From contig JAWQFM010000031.1 of NCBI GenBank assembly GCA_033442325.1, forward strand, positions 531,497 to 595,496: 64,000 nt of DNA, in the 5' to 3' direction. Each line of letters starts with the position of its first letter. Positions within the stretch are counted from its first letter, which is position 1. The position numbers were made by a program, and so were the translations under genes. This DNA comes from Salpingoeca rosetta (Eukaryota; Protista; Choanoflagellata). The notes beneath the pieces are model-generated. The model saw only the letters and a list, made by a program, of their open reading frames with translations. It did no database searches and had not been told where the DNA came from. Positions 25,055 through 49,351 of this stretch are shown here, piece after piece.

Positions 25055-26283
25055 ATGTATGTGTGTATGTGTATGTGTGTTTTTGGTTTATGCTTCGTAT
25101 ACACACGTCCTGCTGTGCAGTAACTTGATCTCGCTTGACACCCATTTCCTCACACAACTTCCTCTTCCTCTCCTCCCTTCACTTCTGCCTTAACTCCTCT
25201 CTACCCCCACCCTTCCCATATACAGGTTGCGCGCGTGCTGGCTGTGTTCCCCCACGCGCCCGCCGGTGCTGTGCGTGCGGATGTGTCGGTGACGGGATCG
25301 GCGGCCGCGACGTCAAACAACATCTTGGAGGGGCGTGTGCCCGCCGTTGCACTCCGCAGTGACACCTACCGCGGTGGTGGTGAAATACGTGGTGGTGGTG
25401 ATAATGATGACACGCAGTCACAACTTCCACCGCAACAGCAGCAGCGCCACTCCAATCTTGGATTGACGAGTGATGACGAGGAGGAATTTGACTTTGAACC
25501 TGATGATGATGATGGCAGAGGGTGTGTTGGTGCTGGGAGCAGTGGATGCACGCGTGTGACAAGAAGGGGTCGGCCGCGACGGCTGCTGCTGCGAACAAGC
25601 CGCAATCACGCTGCGTCCCATGGTGGTGGTGGTGGTGGTGATGCGGTGATGCTGCTGTCGCCCCTCACGTCTCCAACGCGTGCGCATACACACGCGGACG
25701 GCGCAATGGATGAACGCGACGCCACTGGCGATGATGTTGGTGATGGCGGTGTCGACGATGACAACAATCGTGGTGGTGTTTGTGGTGGAAGCAGGACCAA
25801 CGACACAGATGAAGTGTGTGTGTGTGTGTGTGTGTGTGGGGGGGGGTGATGGGCTCGTGGTTGTGGCAGGCGCTGTTTGAGCCACGCGTACAGCTTGCTC
25901 GCGTGCGCACCCCTGCTTGATTTGTCTTTCTGTGACGTGTTGTGTCAGGCCTTGTCATGTCTTGTCATGCAATGTCTTGTAATGTTGCAGCTTTCTCACA
26001 TCAACAACTCACATTCACACGCACATGTTTGCAAATGCAAAAACCAAAGAAGCAGGGACGACAACAACAACAGCAACAGCAGCTACACGTTGGCGGCAGT
26101 GCGGTGGGAGGAGGAACAACGAGAGGACGGGAGGCAGCTGCTGTGACTGTGAAACGGAACGAACCACCATTCGCAGCAGCAGCAGCAGCGGTGATGGTGG
26201 CGCAAACACTCACGCACACGAACGGCGTGCACGCAATCGACACTATCGACGACGACAGCAACAGCGAACAGCAGCACGAATGA
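21780..26283 (+). CDS. AMFR: AMFR/gp78-like ERAD E3 ubiquitin ligase (multi-TM, RING-H2, CUE); last exon and stop uncertain (25849-26283)
   Basis: Hydrophobic exons from ATG 21780. RING-H2 CPICRDD..LPCRHAFH|CITRWLQQQPSCPTCR (24194-24528). CUE-like VARVLAVFPH..VRADVSVTGSAAATSNNILEG (25226-25335). TM-RING-CUE order is that of gp78. Confidence 0.8.
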
Positions 26284-26386
26284 CTGAACGACGACAAGCA
26301 GACAGCCATCACCACCGTTACACACACGCATGCCACTGCAGCAAGGGAGGGGGGGGGGGGGTGAGGGAGCTGTGGTGGGTCAGCGC

Positions 26387-27732
26387 TCAGCCCATGAAGT
26401 TAACGACGACGAGGTGGAGGATGAGGTGGCCGAAGATGAAGTCGGCAAAGGCCTGCTCCCGCGTGATGGCCGAGAACTCCTGCGCATTCTCCGGGTTCAC
26501 CTGACTCCGCAGGCACGCTGGGGGAGGGGGGAGGAGGGTGTTGCATGATGTGTGTGTGTGTGTGTGCGGTGGTGTGGGGTTGTGTTGCGTGATTGTGTGT
26601 ACGGTGGTGTGGGGGTTGTGTTGCGTGATTGTGTTGTGTTGTGTGTGCGTGTATAAATGTGCATGCATGCGTGTGTGTTGATGGTGAGTGTGAGAGAATC
26701 AATGTGGGGAGCTATTTCTTCTCCTTGTGCAAGCGGCATGTCCCTTGCACCATTATCGCTATTCTGCAGTAGCAGTCGTCATAAACGGCCTAACCGATCC
26801 CTTTCAACGCCTCTCCTCCCGCTCGTGCATGCTTGCAAGCAATTGAAAGGCAAAGCTTATCCCTCCATATCATGCACACACACATAAACATACATGCACA
26901 CACACATACACATACATACATACACACAATCACACACACACGCACACACCAATCACACGCACACGCACACATATACATACATACACACGCACACACACAG
27001 TACACATACATACAACGCACCTGCGAGGACGAAGGAGCCGACGCTGGAGATGAAACCGGACAGGAACGAGTTGAAGGGGAAGGTGCCGACGAGCGCGCAG
27101 TACACAAACTGGATCAGGCCTGCAGATATGGTAAAGGAGGGTTAGAGGGGGGGGGGGTGTGGGTGCGTGTTTGTGTTCGTGGGTGGGTTGGATGGTTGTT
27201 TTTTGGGTTGTGTGAGGGACCTGAGACGCACAAGAAGAACAACAACAAGAACAACAACAAGAACAACAACAAGAATAAGAACAAGAACAAGAACAACAGA
27301 AACAAGAACTTAAACAACAACAACAAGAACAACAACACCCCACCACCCTCTCCGAAACACACCTGTGAGGAGGATGTAGAAGAGGTAGGCATCGATGATT
27401 TTGAGGGTTTTTGGGGTGGACTGGTATGCCTTCCACAGGTTACCGACGACGGCGCCAACACCCGCAACAGCCTTGCTGCTGCCGCTGTTGCTACCACCGC
27501 TGTTTCCTTTCGCCTGTCGGGAAACATAGATGGCAGGGGCGGACGTGAACGGGACCAAGACTTGCACACACCTCCGCATTACACTGGCAGCAACGTATCG
27601 AGGTAGCTTGGGGTTCCTCAACCCCTTGCACACACACACACACACACACAAAGCATACACAACATACACAACACACACACACACACAACATACACAACAC
27701 ACACACAGACGCACTTCTATGCCACTGACCAT
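26387..27732 (-). CDS. DAD1: Oligosaccharyltransferase subunit DAD1/OST2
   Basis: Four exons splice to [21 protein letters not shown]|[33 protein letters not shown]|[35 protein letters not shown]. Confidence 0.97.
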
Positions 27733-28180
27733 CTTGCTGTGCTTGCTTGTTCGTCTCGTTCTTCTTCTTCTCCTGTCGTATCCGCTGCGACTGCCACAAA
27801 GGGAAAATTTGCCAGTTCTTCCACCACTTTTCACAACCCACGCCGTAATCGCTCAACCAGCCATCCAATCCACACACACACACAGCCAATCCACACCAAC
27901 ACACACCAATCCCCAACACTCTGTCTCCTCAAGCTCACACATCTTGGCTACCCCCCCTCCCCATTCATTCATTCATCCCGTCCTCCTTCTTTGTCAAGGA
28001 TCGCTCACGCACCAGCCCCTCCTTTTGACAAAGCGCGAAAACGCACCGCGGTTTCCTTCCCCGTGTCTTGCCTTTTTTGGCATACTCCATGTTGTTTGAA
28101 GGTGTGACGTAGACTGATACACGTTTCCTTTCTCTTCCTACGCTTCCCTTCAAAGAGCCGCAAGCTCTTTTTATCCCACG

Positions 28181-31501
<3,321 letters not shown>

Positions 31502-31882
31502 TGCATCAGGGAAAAGGAGAAGGCAGCAGGGGCGTGGTTAAGCGGGGATATGGGACAGCAGGCGGAGGCGAACGAAGGAGGAGATGAACACAGAGAGAGG
31601 AAGAGATAGAGAGACAGATAGAGAGCATGTGTGTGTGTGAGGAGACTGCCATTTCCCACTATCGTGTCACATCTCCTGCCCTGTCTGTGGTTGTTCCAGT
31701 GCCGTAGCTTCATAGCATATTCGCGTTTGTGTTGGATTCATTGGCATGTTTTGGGACGCATCAGTTGTTCAGTTTACAACCAAGAAGATCAACAAGCGTC
31801 ATTGTCTGTCGTCAGAAGCGACAGCTGAAGCAGCAGTAGCGACAGCTGAAGCGACAGCAGAGGCAGCAGCGTCATTGTTCCA

Positions 31883-31938
<56 letters not shown>

Positions 31939-32164
31939 CCCGCCAATGGAAACAACACCATAAAATATCTTGCAGCTTCCTACCAAAAACCCACCTGTGC
32001 GGGTTTCAGCACAAGCCACCCCCGCAAACGCCGACTGCTTTTTATCGTGTTTCATTGCGGCGCCAACGTCTCCACACCGCCCGACCGATACACCGCCGTC
32101 CGTCGTCCACAGAACCGAAGCGCATCGTGCGGCTTCAGTGTCGCCTCCCCTTCTGCGCGCAGCC

Positions 32165-33318
32165 ATGGCGTCGAAGAAGGGAAAGGACACCTCCGCGGAG
32201 CCGGACTACCACCGGCTCGTCAAGGTAATGAATGAACAAAAAGAACTGGAATGGTGTGCGTGTATACCCTCCCTCTCTCTCTCTGTCTGTCTCTCTGTCT
32301 CTCTGTCTCTCTCTCTCTGTCTCTCTCTCTCTCGCGCATGTGGTTCGCGGTTCAACTCACTCGACACACATGAGCACTGAGAACAAAGTCGCTCTGCTCT
32401 GCTTGTCGAATGTCGTTGCGTGGCTCCTCTGCTGTGTCTGTACCCCCTTTCTCTGACACACGCAACAATCTCTCTTTCTCTTCTTCCCCCCCCCTCTCTT
32501 CTTCTTCCCTCCCCCTCTCCCTTCTCTTTCTCTCCCTCACTCACACACACTCTCTTCACTTCTTCACTTCCTCACTCCAACCCCTCCTCCTCCTCTCCTC
32601 TGATCCTCCCGACAGTCATTGGCGGAAGACCCAACTGCAGGGCGCACCTTGGTGTTCCAGCTTGTCGGCAGCATTCGCGAAGACAAGAAGAAGAAGGCCG
32701 AGGTCAAGGCCATGTGGAACGCCTTGCACCAGACGGCGTCCTCCCCAGAGTTCAAGCGCATCCGCATCCCCGTGTTTGTCGACAGGCACATCCTCATCCT
32801 CCACCTCTCCGACGCAGCGTGCCACTATGCCCAGGGTCTCGACAGCGCAGCAGCTGCCGTCTTTTTTCTTGACGTCTTCAGCGCCTTCACCCTCGACAAA
32901 AGCGAACAGGTACCTTTTTATTTGCATGTGTGCATGTGTGTGCTTGTCGTCCCGTGTCTGCATGTACGCACCTTGCTTGTGCGTGGTGGCATCACCGCTG
33001 TGTGGAACCAGCACTCATCCCGAGACACACATCCCGCTTGTCCTCAGATTGCCACACTGCAAGTGTGCCGCTACTGTGGCGTGAAAGACATTGTCGACGG
33101 AGGTGAGGTGCTTGTGTGGTTCGCCTCCCCAGCGGATGCCAGTCCTTTCCTTGGCTCTGTGCATGTGCATGTACATGTGTGCGTGTCGATGTATGTGCGT
33201 GTGTTGATGTTTGTGTGTGTGTGTGTGTGTTTGTCTCATTTCCCCTCTCCGTCACCAGCACCCACTTTTCTCTCATTCGCACTCACTCACACACTCACAC
33301 ACTGACACACACACACTG

Positions 33319-33353
<35 letters not shown>

Positions 33354-36300
33354 CACTCACACACACACACACACACTGACACAACACACACATACCTTGC
33401 AGCGGAAAAGTCCCTGGCCGACTTGGTCAAGGCGTTTATGCTCAGCGGGGACCTTTCCACGTTTGACCCTGCTCTTCTCAGACAGGTGTGTTGTATTGAG
33501 GTGGTTCGTCAAGGCTGACTTCCCTAGTAGACCTTCAACAACAGTGCGCACTTTTCCCATACCTTCACACATATTTAAACCTTCACGCACACACACACAC
33601 ATTCACACACACATTCACACACACATTCACACACACTCATTCACACTCATTCACACACACACACACACACTCGCACACATACAGATGTCGACTCAGCTGC
33701 AGCGGGAAGACCTGTTCCGCAAGTACAACGTTGCGACGACGCAGCAAGTTCGCGCGTTCCACAAGAAGCTCTCCACAGGTGTGTCTGTGTTTGTTTGTTC
33801 GCTGGCAGTGCGATGCCAAAACAACAACAAAGACAATATGTACATGCGCTTGCCTTTCATCTTGCTACACTCGCTCCGCTCCCCCCTCACTGGCCTCGTT
33901 GACCCTGTGCCATCTTGCCAGAAGTTGCCAACAGCATGCTGTTGACAAAGCACGCCCGCAGCCGTCCTGCCCGCGGTTCGTGGCACCAGGCAAAGCCCGC
34001 ACACATCCCAGACGACACCATCAGCAAGGTGCCATCGAAAGTCCTGCGAATTGCCTGCACGTCTCGCGTTTTGTGCCCTTGTTTCGCCACACACCCCATC
34101 TCTCTCTCACACACACACCCCATTTCACACACACACACACACACCCATCACACACCTACACACCTACACACACACTCACACACACACACACACACACCTC
34201 TAACCCCCCCCCCCACAACCACCCTCCCACGTTCTCCTCTAAACCTCTTCCCTAGGCGGCAAGCCTCGCCAAGCTTGTCCTTGATGCCGGGTACTCTGCA
34301 ACGGGCTCTGTAGACGCCTTTGTTGATCTCGTGCGCAAGGCGCAGATCACCCAGCTCACGCCGTCCATCCTCGCGTTTACCCTTGGTCAGTCGCGCCGTA
34401 TTGCCAAAACGACAGCCCTCTGGCCCACGTACTCTCTTGCTTGTCGCCTCGTTTGGTAGCTCGTGTTGTTGTAGCTTGCTGTCTTGCCCATGTTCATGCC
34501 AAATCATCGCCACCCCGACCTCACCCAGTCCGACCGTTCTTCTCTCCTCCCTTCTCCCCTCTCCCTACCCTTTTGTCCCGCCATTTTCCCTCTTTTTTTG
34601 TGTGTTTCCTCCTTCTCCCCTCTCTTTGCTCTCTCCCCTCTCCCTCTCCCCTCTTCCCCTCTTCCCCCGTTCTCCCCTCTCCCTACCCTTTCTTCCCGCC
34701 CGTTCCTTCAACTCTCCATTCAACAGCTGCCATGGCCGCCAACCTGACCACTGCCAGCACCTCAACACAAGTGCATGTAAGCGCGCGCGTCTCCCACATT
34801 ACTCCCTTACACCTGCCCATGCGCGTGCGCCACGTTGCCTTCACCCCTCGCCAGTCCACCCCATCCTCACGCTACCCCATCCTCACGCTACCCCCCCCCC
34901 CCCAATCCTCACGCCCACCTTCCCTTTGTCCATCGTGCCAGGGCACTGACGTGTCATGGGAGCACACGGACAAGCAGCTCTCATCGTGGGATCCAACCAT
35001 CATCGTGGCTGCCGTCAACAAGCTGGTGCGCTGCATGGCTGATTGGTGTCTTTTCTAATCTCGTCTTTTTGTATGGTGCCGCGTTTACCACTCTGCATTC
35101 ACCCCACACTTTGTGTACTTCGCACAATGCGTCCATTTCATGAACTTCATGCACTTAATGCACCTTGTGCACTTCACTATCCCGCGCGCCCACTGATCGA
35201 TGCTCACCCGACCCCCCTCCCGCCCAAACCACACGATCGTCACCACTTCCTGTGAAACAGTCTCCCAAGTTTGACTGGGCGTCTGTGTCGCTGAACCTCG
35301 ACTGCCCATTCCCCATCGCCACCCTCAGTGGTCTCGACTTTATCTCCCAAGTCCTCGAGCGCGCTCACAAGGTATTCACACAATCACTGCACAAACAAAC
35401 AAACAAACACAACACAACACAACACAAAACACAACACAACACAACACCTTAACCCCTTCCCTACCCTCACCCGCCCTTCCCTCTCTGCACAACCCCCCCC
35501 CCCCCACAACGTTCTCCCTCTCTCTCACTCGCTCCAGGGCCCGTTTGACCTGCGCGGCCTGCATGGCGCGTGGGCGAACGTGGAGAGCCAGCTTGCGCTA
35601 CTGACGTTGGTGATTGACCCAGCCAACGCCACAGACGAGCGCGTCTTCAACCTCTTCAAGCAGTACACGTACCGGGACAGCCCACGCGAAGGGCTCAAAA
35701 ACATCCACAACCTCGCCGAGCCGACGCTGCGCTGCTGGCTGTCCCTCGACCTCATTGCCGCCCTCCTCAACGTCGGCAACTCCATCCACTACGCCCGCGC
35801 GCGCCAGATGTTCGCCCCGGCCATGACCCACATCCCCGACGTGCTCATGGTGGGCCTGGCGTTTGCGTTTGCGCCGGACGACGTCGTGGCGCAGCACCGC
35901 CAGGCCGGGCGCACGGCGAGCAGCTCCGGGTCCACCTCCTCCATGGCCTCGGGCTCGGGCCCCGTGGCCGGAGACGCCGCCGGCGCCGCGGGCGGTAACC
36001 CGCTGCAGGACGACCTCATGCTCGCCCTCATGGCCGTGTTTATGGAGCAGCACCCAAACACGGCCCCCGTCCTGCAGAAGGTGCTCGCCGTCAAGGGCAC
36101 CCTCGTTCTCCACGGCATTGTCGCCTGGTACCGCATGCAGCCGAGCCTGACCAGGCTGGAGCGCGTGTTTGTCGTCGCCCGCGACATCAAGGCCATCACC
36201 AACCTCCTCGACTCGTCAGACTTTGACTTTGTGCTGGAGCTCGCCGTGTACAGCTCCACCAAGGAGTTTCTGCACGTGCGCAAGTGGATGCAGAACCAGC

Positions 36301-39300
36301 TCACCACCCTGCGCGGGCCCTTTGCCCTGGCCTGCCTGCGCTTCCTGCAGCGCAAGCTCACCAACCCCGGCCCCGGCTTTCCAAAGCTCGACCCGTCCCT
36401 CGTCAACACCATGGTTGCCGCCCTGGAGAGCTCCTCGCTCGAGCCAGACATTGTGCAGCACATTGACAACTTCCGTACGGGCGTGCCGGATGCCATGATC
36501 TCCAGCATCCCGCCCCTGAACCAGGCCACCCTCCCCTCCCTCCCACACGTGGGAACCACGGCCACAGGCAACGGCAAGGGCGTGGAGACGCTCGTCAAGT
36601 CCCTGCCGCCGCTCTCCCCAACCCAGGGCCAGGGCCAGGGCCAGGACGCAGGCGCAACTTCGGCAGGCCAGGCAGCCTCCTCGTCCATGCAGCGCCCGCC
36701 ACCGCTGCTTCAGCAGCCGCCGCCGCCGCCGGGCCTCAACCCGGAGCCCTTGCCACCATCACCCTCGGCCCAGCCGGGGTCGGCGTCTGAGCTCGTGCCG
36801 CTGCGGCCTGGTGTGCACCCCGAGGACGCGGCATCCAAGGAGCTCATGGACGCCATTGCCGCCAACCTGTCGCTCGTGCAGACGGGGTCAAAGGCGCCGC
36901 ACGAGTTTGTGGCCCACATTGGGCCCTCGCTCGCCCCAAAGGTGCACGGCAACATGGGCCGCGTCCTGGAGGTCCTGGTGCACGTGCTCTTCACGGACCT
37001 GCACACAAGCGACATGAACAGCGCCGTTGCCACGCGCATCATCACCGAGGTGATCAACTCCAAGGCCCTCGGCACCCACCAGCTGCAGCCCGTGCTGGCG
37101 TACCTCCTGCTCATGCTCCAGTCCAACCCACCGCGCCACGTCCTTTCCGTCATTGCCAACGTCATGCAGGGCAGCCGCACAGGCCTCGCAGACTACCCGC
37201 ACTATGTGCAGCAGTTTACGGACGCGTTTGACAGCCTCGACTCGCCCAAGGGCCCATCCGCGGCAGGCAGCCATCACCCGCCGCACCAGCACCAGCAGCC
37301 TGACCTGGTCGGCTCGCAGCTCCCGCCACAGCACCATCGCCCTCACCCACACCACATGCCGCAACAGCATCAGCAGCCGCAGCAGCAGCAGCAGTCGCGG
37401 TTTCAGCTCTTTTCCGTCAGCAACCCAAGCAACAGCAGCAGCAGCGCCGCCGCGGGCACGTCCCCACGCCAAACGCGCACGCAGCTTTTCTCCCTGAGTA
37501 ACAACAACAACGCCGCCGGCAACAGCAGCAGCAACGGCAACGGCGGCAAGTCCAAAGCCGGCACTAGAGGCGGCACCAGCACGGGCGGCGGCGGAGACGG
37601 CGGCAGCAGCCTGGTGAGCCCCAACATGGGTCACGGCGGGCCTGGAGGGGCGGGTGCCTCGGGCGCCATGTCGCCCACCCCACGTCAGATGACGGCCAAG
37701 CGGCGCAACATCAGCTCCATGCCCATCCTGCCGCCCTCGCCCCGCAGCGTGCAGCGCATCTCGTTTATCTTCAACAACCTGAGTGAGGACACGGCCGCGA
37801 CCGCCGCCAAGGACGTGGCGGGCTTTGTGGACGAGTACAACTACACGTGGCTGGCAAAGTACTTTGTTGACGAGCGCGTGGCCACGGAGGGCGAGCTGCA
37901 CGCCCTGTACACCAAGCTGTACCTTGGGCTCAACCCCACGGTGCGCCGCGCCATCCTCGACAAGACATACGCCGCCGCCACGGCCATTCTGCGAAAGTTC
38001 AACAAGGGCGAGCAACTGAGCAAGCAGGAGCGCACACGGCTCAAGCACCTGGGCAACTGGCTCGGCAACATCACGCTCGCCCTCAACCGGCCCGTCGTCA
38101 CCACCAAGCTCTCGCTCACAAACGCCATCAAGTCCGCGTACCAGCGGGATCTGCAGGCGCAGGCCAAGGCCGTAGAGGCTCAACCCCCACAGCAGCCGCA
38201 GCAGCAGCAAGCACAATCACAGCAACCACAGCCAAAGAAGAAGAAGGGCCAACAGCAACAGCAACAGCAGCAGCAGCAAGGCTCGTGGGAGCACATGGCC
38301 CTGACGGTGACCTTTGTGTGCAAGGTGCTGGAGGGCTGCAAGCTCAGTCGCGTTTTCCGGCGCACGCAGCCGTGGGTGAAGGAGGTGTTCTCGCTGCTGA
38401 ACGAGGTACACGAGGCCGTGCCACGCTCGACGGTGCAGTTTGACGTCGAGCTGCTCTTCCGCCACGCAGAGTACGACCGGGACACCTTCCCAAAGTCGTC
38501 GGTGCTGGCCGGCATCCAGACCACGCCGCCGCTGCACGACGGCCTGGGCACGCTCTCCTTTGTCGAGGACCTGACCAAGTTTGGCCTCACCCCGATGCAG
38601 GCGTTCCAGTTCCGCAACCTGGTCCCCAACAAGATTGAGTCTGTGCGGGAGTATGTGACGCTGACGCAAGCCATGCGCTCGAGCCTGGCGGACGTGCCCA
38701 ACCTCAACAGCCTCGTCGTGAACACCTTCCAGGCGTGCCTGGCGGAGGTGGTGGTCTCGGCGCGCACCCGCGCCACCAACGTCGCCGTCACCACCGCGCA
38801 CCGCACCCTGGCCAAGGACTTTGTCTACGAGCGCGACATCAAGCTGTTCCGCACGACGGCGCTGGCCATGGCGCAGAAGTTTGCGTCCAACCTCGCCGCC
38901 ACCATTGGCCGCGACTCGCTCAAGACAAGCTTCGTGCGCAAGCTCAAGGAGCAGTTTGGCGAGAGCATGCGCCTCAGCTCGCAGCAGGAGAAGGACACGG
39001 TGCTGGGCAAGCTGGCTGACGAGAACATGGGCCTTGCCACTGCGTTTCTCAAGATGTCGTGCATGGGTTCCGTGGAGCCCATGCTGGACGACCGCTTCTA
39101 CGAGGACTACGAGATTCGTCGCAAGCAGGGCAGCGGGCCATACTATCAGCTGTGGGCGCAGCTCCCGGACGCCCTCATGCCGCCCAAGTCGTCGGCAACC
39201 TTTGCCAAGCGCCTCAAGGAGATGTTCCCCGACTTTAGCAACCCCATCCTCAAGTCGGACAAACCCACGACACCCGACCTGACCAACAGGCCCGTCCCAG

Positions 39301-41941
39301 GCGGCATCCCTGGCTGGAACGCAAACCAGCCCTCGTACCCGCCCGTTGACGTGCGCGGCACTGGCCACGGAGCTGCGCAGCTGCAGCAGCAACAGCAGCA
39401 ACAGGTGGCGCAGCCGATGCTGCAGCAACAACAACAACAGCAGCAGCAGCAACAACAACAACAACAACAACAGGCACGGCAGCCAATGCCGCAGCAGGCT
39501 TCGCAGCAAGGCTCGCCAAGCAGGCAGGTGCAGTCAGCACAGGTGGGCCAGTCCCCGAACATGCCGCCACCACAGCAGCAGCAACAGATGCAGTCGCCCC
39601 AGTATGCTGGCATGGACCGTCGCCCCTTCCCGCCAGGTCTGCAGCCACCCATGCAACAGCAGCAGCAACAGCCACAACAGGCGCAGTCACCACAGGCACC
39701 ACAAGCGCCACAGCAGCAAGGGCAGCAGGGTGTTTCCCCGATGCGTGCGGCCCAGGCGCCGCTGTTTGCTGGCCCCGCAGCTCAGCCCGGTGGAGGCCCG
39801 CCGCCGCCGCCCACGGATGCGCCCACCATCCTGGACCAGCTGCAGCGGCACGTTGACGCGCTCGTCTCCGTCGTCACAAAGGACAAGCACGCCCCGCACA
39901 GGCACATGTCGGAGGCGCTGCGGGAGTTTAGGGCGCTGCTGGGGCCCGTGCCGGCCAAGGTGCAGGAGGAGGTGCTGGTGCGCATGGCCAACATGCTGCT
40001 GCGGCGCCTGTTTGAGGACATGACGTCGCAGCTGCCCATCCTCCGCGACGTGTACGTGCACGCCATGCTGGCCCTGCGCGACTGGAACGACGTGTTTGTG
40101 GAGCACACGTCGCAGTGCTACGTGTCGATGGACGGCACGCAGAAGGTTGACCGGTGGGACGACGTGGCGAAGCTGCTCTGCCTCAACCTGCTCTCCCCAC
40201 CCGTGCTGGACCCGTACTTTGTGAAACTGATGAACAACGGCAAGGAGGCCTTCTTCGTGAGCAACGTGGAGAGCATCATGCGCAAGACGGTCGTGGACTC
40301 GCGCGCCCTCCTCACCACGGACTTTCCCGAGACGATTGGCGTGCTGCGGCGGCTGGCGCAGAAGCGCTCTGCAGAGCAGCAGCGGCACAAGGAGCTGGTG
40401 GCCAGCATTGACGGCGTCGCTGCTGAGGAGGCGGAGACGCTGCGCGCGGCGCCCTTTACGGCGGCCATGCTGCACGAGACGGAGGACGGCATGCGCAAGA
40501 AGCCCCACCTGGAGCGCGCGCTGCGGCTGTACAACGAGTGGTTCACAGCGGTGTGGCCCAGCAACAACATTGACTCGTTCCTCGAGCGGCTCACAAACAA
40601 CCTGCTCATCACGGAGAAGTCGAGCGCGGCGTTTTTCAGTGTGGCGGTGGACGTGTCGCTGACGTGGTCGTCGCGGCCGGGCCCCTGGGCGGAGACGAGC
40701 GACGCCGTGCGCGCCTTCTTCTCCCTGGTCTCCGCGTCCTTCTCCCGCCAGATCATCTCCCAGTCCATCTTTGCCTACCTGCTGCCGCACATTGCCCGCA
40801 TCATGCAGATGGAGTACTCCCGCGCCGTGCAGGCCGCTAGCAGCGATGACGGCACCGCTGGCATCATGCAGTTCAACCAGCGGCCGTACCTGTTCCTGGT
40901 GGAGCGCCTGCTGGCTTACCTGCGGGCGGACGTGCACCCATTTGACGCCATCAACGGGTTCCTCACGTTCCTCAGCACCACGGCGCCGCCCAACATGGAG
41001 CACTTTACGTTTGGCTGGATGCACATTCTGTCGGACCGCGCGTTTATCCCGACGGTGATGCTCGTGCCGCACGCAGACAACATCCGCCGCGAGGTTGCCA
41101 ACCTGATTATTGTGCTGCTGCGCTTCCTTGCGCCCCACCTGCACAAGGAGGGCCTCACCCCGCCCTGGCTGCGGCTGTACGAGAGCACGCTGCGCCTGCT
41201 CGCCGTCACCGCCCGCGACTTCCCCTTCTTTGTCAGCGAGTTTGCGTCCACCTTTGTGTGCTGCCTGCCGGCGTCTGCGGTTGCGCTGCAGAATGCGGTG
41301 CTGTGGACGGCGCCGCTGAAGAACGCCGTGCCGGACATGCCGCCACGCACCATGCGCCCGCCCCCGCTGCGCATCAACATCAAGCCTTTGCTCGGGCAGC
41401 TGCGCGTCCCCATGGAGGCGTTTTTCAACCAGCCAACGGCAGAGGCCGTGCCCGCGCCGCTGCTGACGCTTTGCCAGCTTGACGCCACGCAAGACACGTT
41501 CCAGCTGCTGTGCCTGGTGATGCACGTGATGGCGGTGCTGCAGACGCGCCACACGCGCGCGCCTACGGCCATCACCCGCACCCCTGGCGTGGTGCTGCTG
41601 CGCCAGCTGCTCTCCGTGGACCGGCCAGACTTTGTGTACATTGCCGCCTCTGCCATGGCCACGCAACTGCGCTACCCGAACCCGCTCACGTCGTTCTTCT
41701 GCTACGCGTTTGTGGAGCTGTTTGAGCTTGTGCCAGACCTGAGCAAGGACATTTTGCTGCGGGTGCTGACGGAGCGTGCGCTGACGACAGGGCCAACCCC
41801 GTTTGGCATCAGCATCGCCCTCAGCCACGTCTGCAAGGCAGACCTGCTCAAGATGCCGTTTGTCATCAAGAGTAAGTGCAACAGTGTGTGTGTGTGTGGG
41901 GGGGGGTTAGAGTGAGTGTGTCTGTGGGTGTGTCTGTGTCT

Positions 41942-41974
<33 letters not shown>

Positions 41975-42259
41975 GTTAGGTTGTTCCTGTGTTGTCAATT
42001 TTGCAGTGTGCTTTCGCCTCGGTCTGTCTGTGCTTTTGCGTAACTCGCATACTCCAGCCTCCAGTTGCTTGAAATAGCTTCGCGTCACCACTCGTCATCA
42101 CCTCACACACCGTGTCTGTTGTTCCAACCCCGCTCCCCCGCCTCTTGCTCTCCAGACCCGGCAGTGACGGAGCTGATCAAGAAGATCCTTGCGCACATCC
42201 ACGCACACGCCGGCCCCGGGCAGCAGAAGCAGCAGCAGGCCACTTCATCCTCGGCCTGA
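32165..42259 (+). CDS. CNOT1: CCR4-NOT transcription complex subunit 1 (scaffold)
   Basis: CWLSLDLIAALL..IPDVLMVGL (HEAT), RISFIFNNLS and LKHLGNWLG..TLALNRP (CAF1-binding MIF4G), KDFVYERD (DUF3819), FNQRPY, FTFGWMHILS, TQLRYPN, RVLTERAL..PFG (Not1 C-terminus). Small 5' exons, one exon 35538-41871, terminal exon ending 42259. The 5' exons are less certain. Confidence 0.92.
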
Positions 42260-42926
42260 CGTGCTGTGCTGCATGACGTGCAAGATGAGCAGCAGGAAGC
42301 ACGTGCCGTGGTGATGATGTGTTGAGTTGGATACGCTGAGGGCGCAGGTGTGCTCATGCTAGTGTTGTTCGTGGTTGGGTCGCCACGTCGTGTGCTGCAA
42401 GCAAAACGCTGCCGCGTTCTTGGGTGTTTGTTTGTACCGCTTCTACATTCTGACACCCCTCGTATCGTCTGTGTCTTCTCTCTTATTTGCTTCGTCTGCC
42501 CCTCTTTCAGTTGGTTTCTTTTGTGCATTTGAGCTTCGAAGGCAAGCAGCCACTCATGTTTTGGTGTTGTAGATGTCAAGTGCTTTCTTACAATTGATTT
42601 TTGTGTTTCGCAGCTTCATGTGACCCCTTTGTGTAACTTCCTCGCTGTTGCTTCTCCTTTTGTGGTTTCAGTTGCATTTCGTCAGGCGTTAATGTCATCC
42701 TCGCACATGTAGCTCTTTCATACACAAAGGGAAGCCAGGAAGCAAGCGAGCGAGTGAGAAGGCAGTCACGAATGAAAGCAAGGAAGAACGTGGCGTGCGA
42801 TGCAATCAACCCAAAAGCGTGGAGAACAAGTGAAAGCACGCATGTGCATATGCACACGAACACACACACACAGACACACACGCGCGCGCGCGCACACACA
42901 CACACACACACACGCACACACGTAGA

Positions 42927-49351
<6,425 letters not shown>

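Noticed and set aside
26230-26300. p97-binding VIM motif at the AMFR-like C-terminus (RRRQQQRTAARMTERR)
   Set aside because: Does not fit RX5AAX2R exactly, and the frame of the last exon cannot be determined.
36888-41828. Long antisense ORFs (442, 430 and 713 aa) opposite CNOT1
   Set aside because: Shadow frames caused by strong GC3 codon bias on the sense strand; no recognisable domains.
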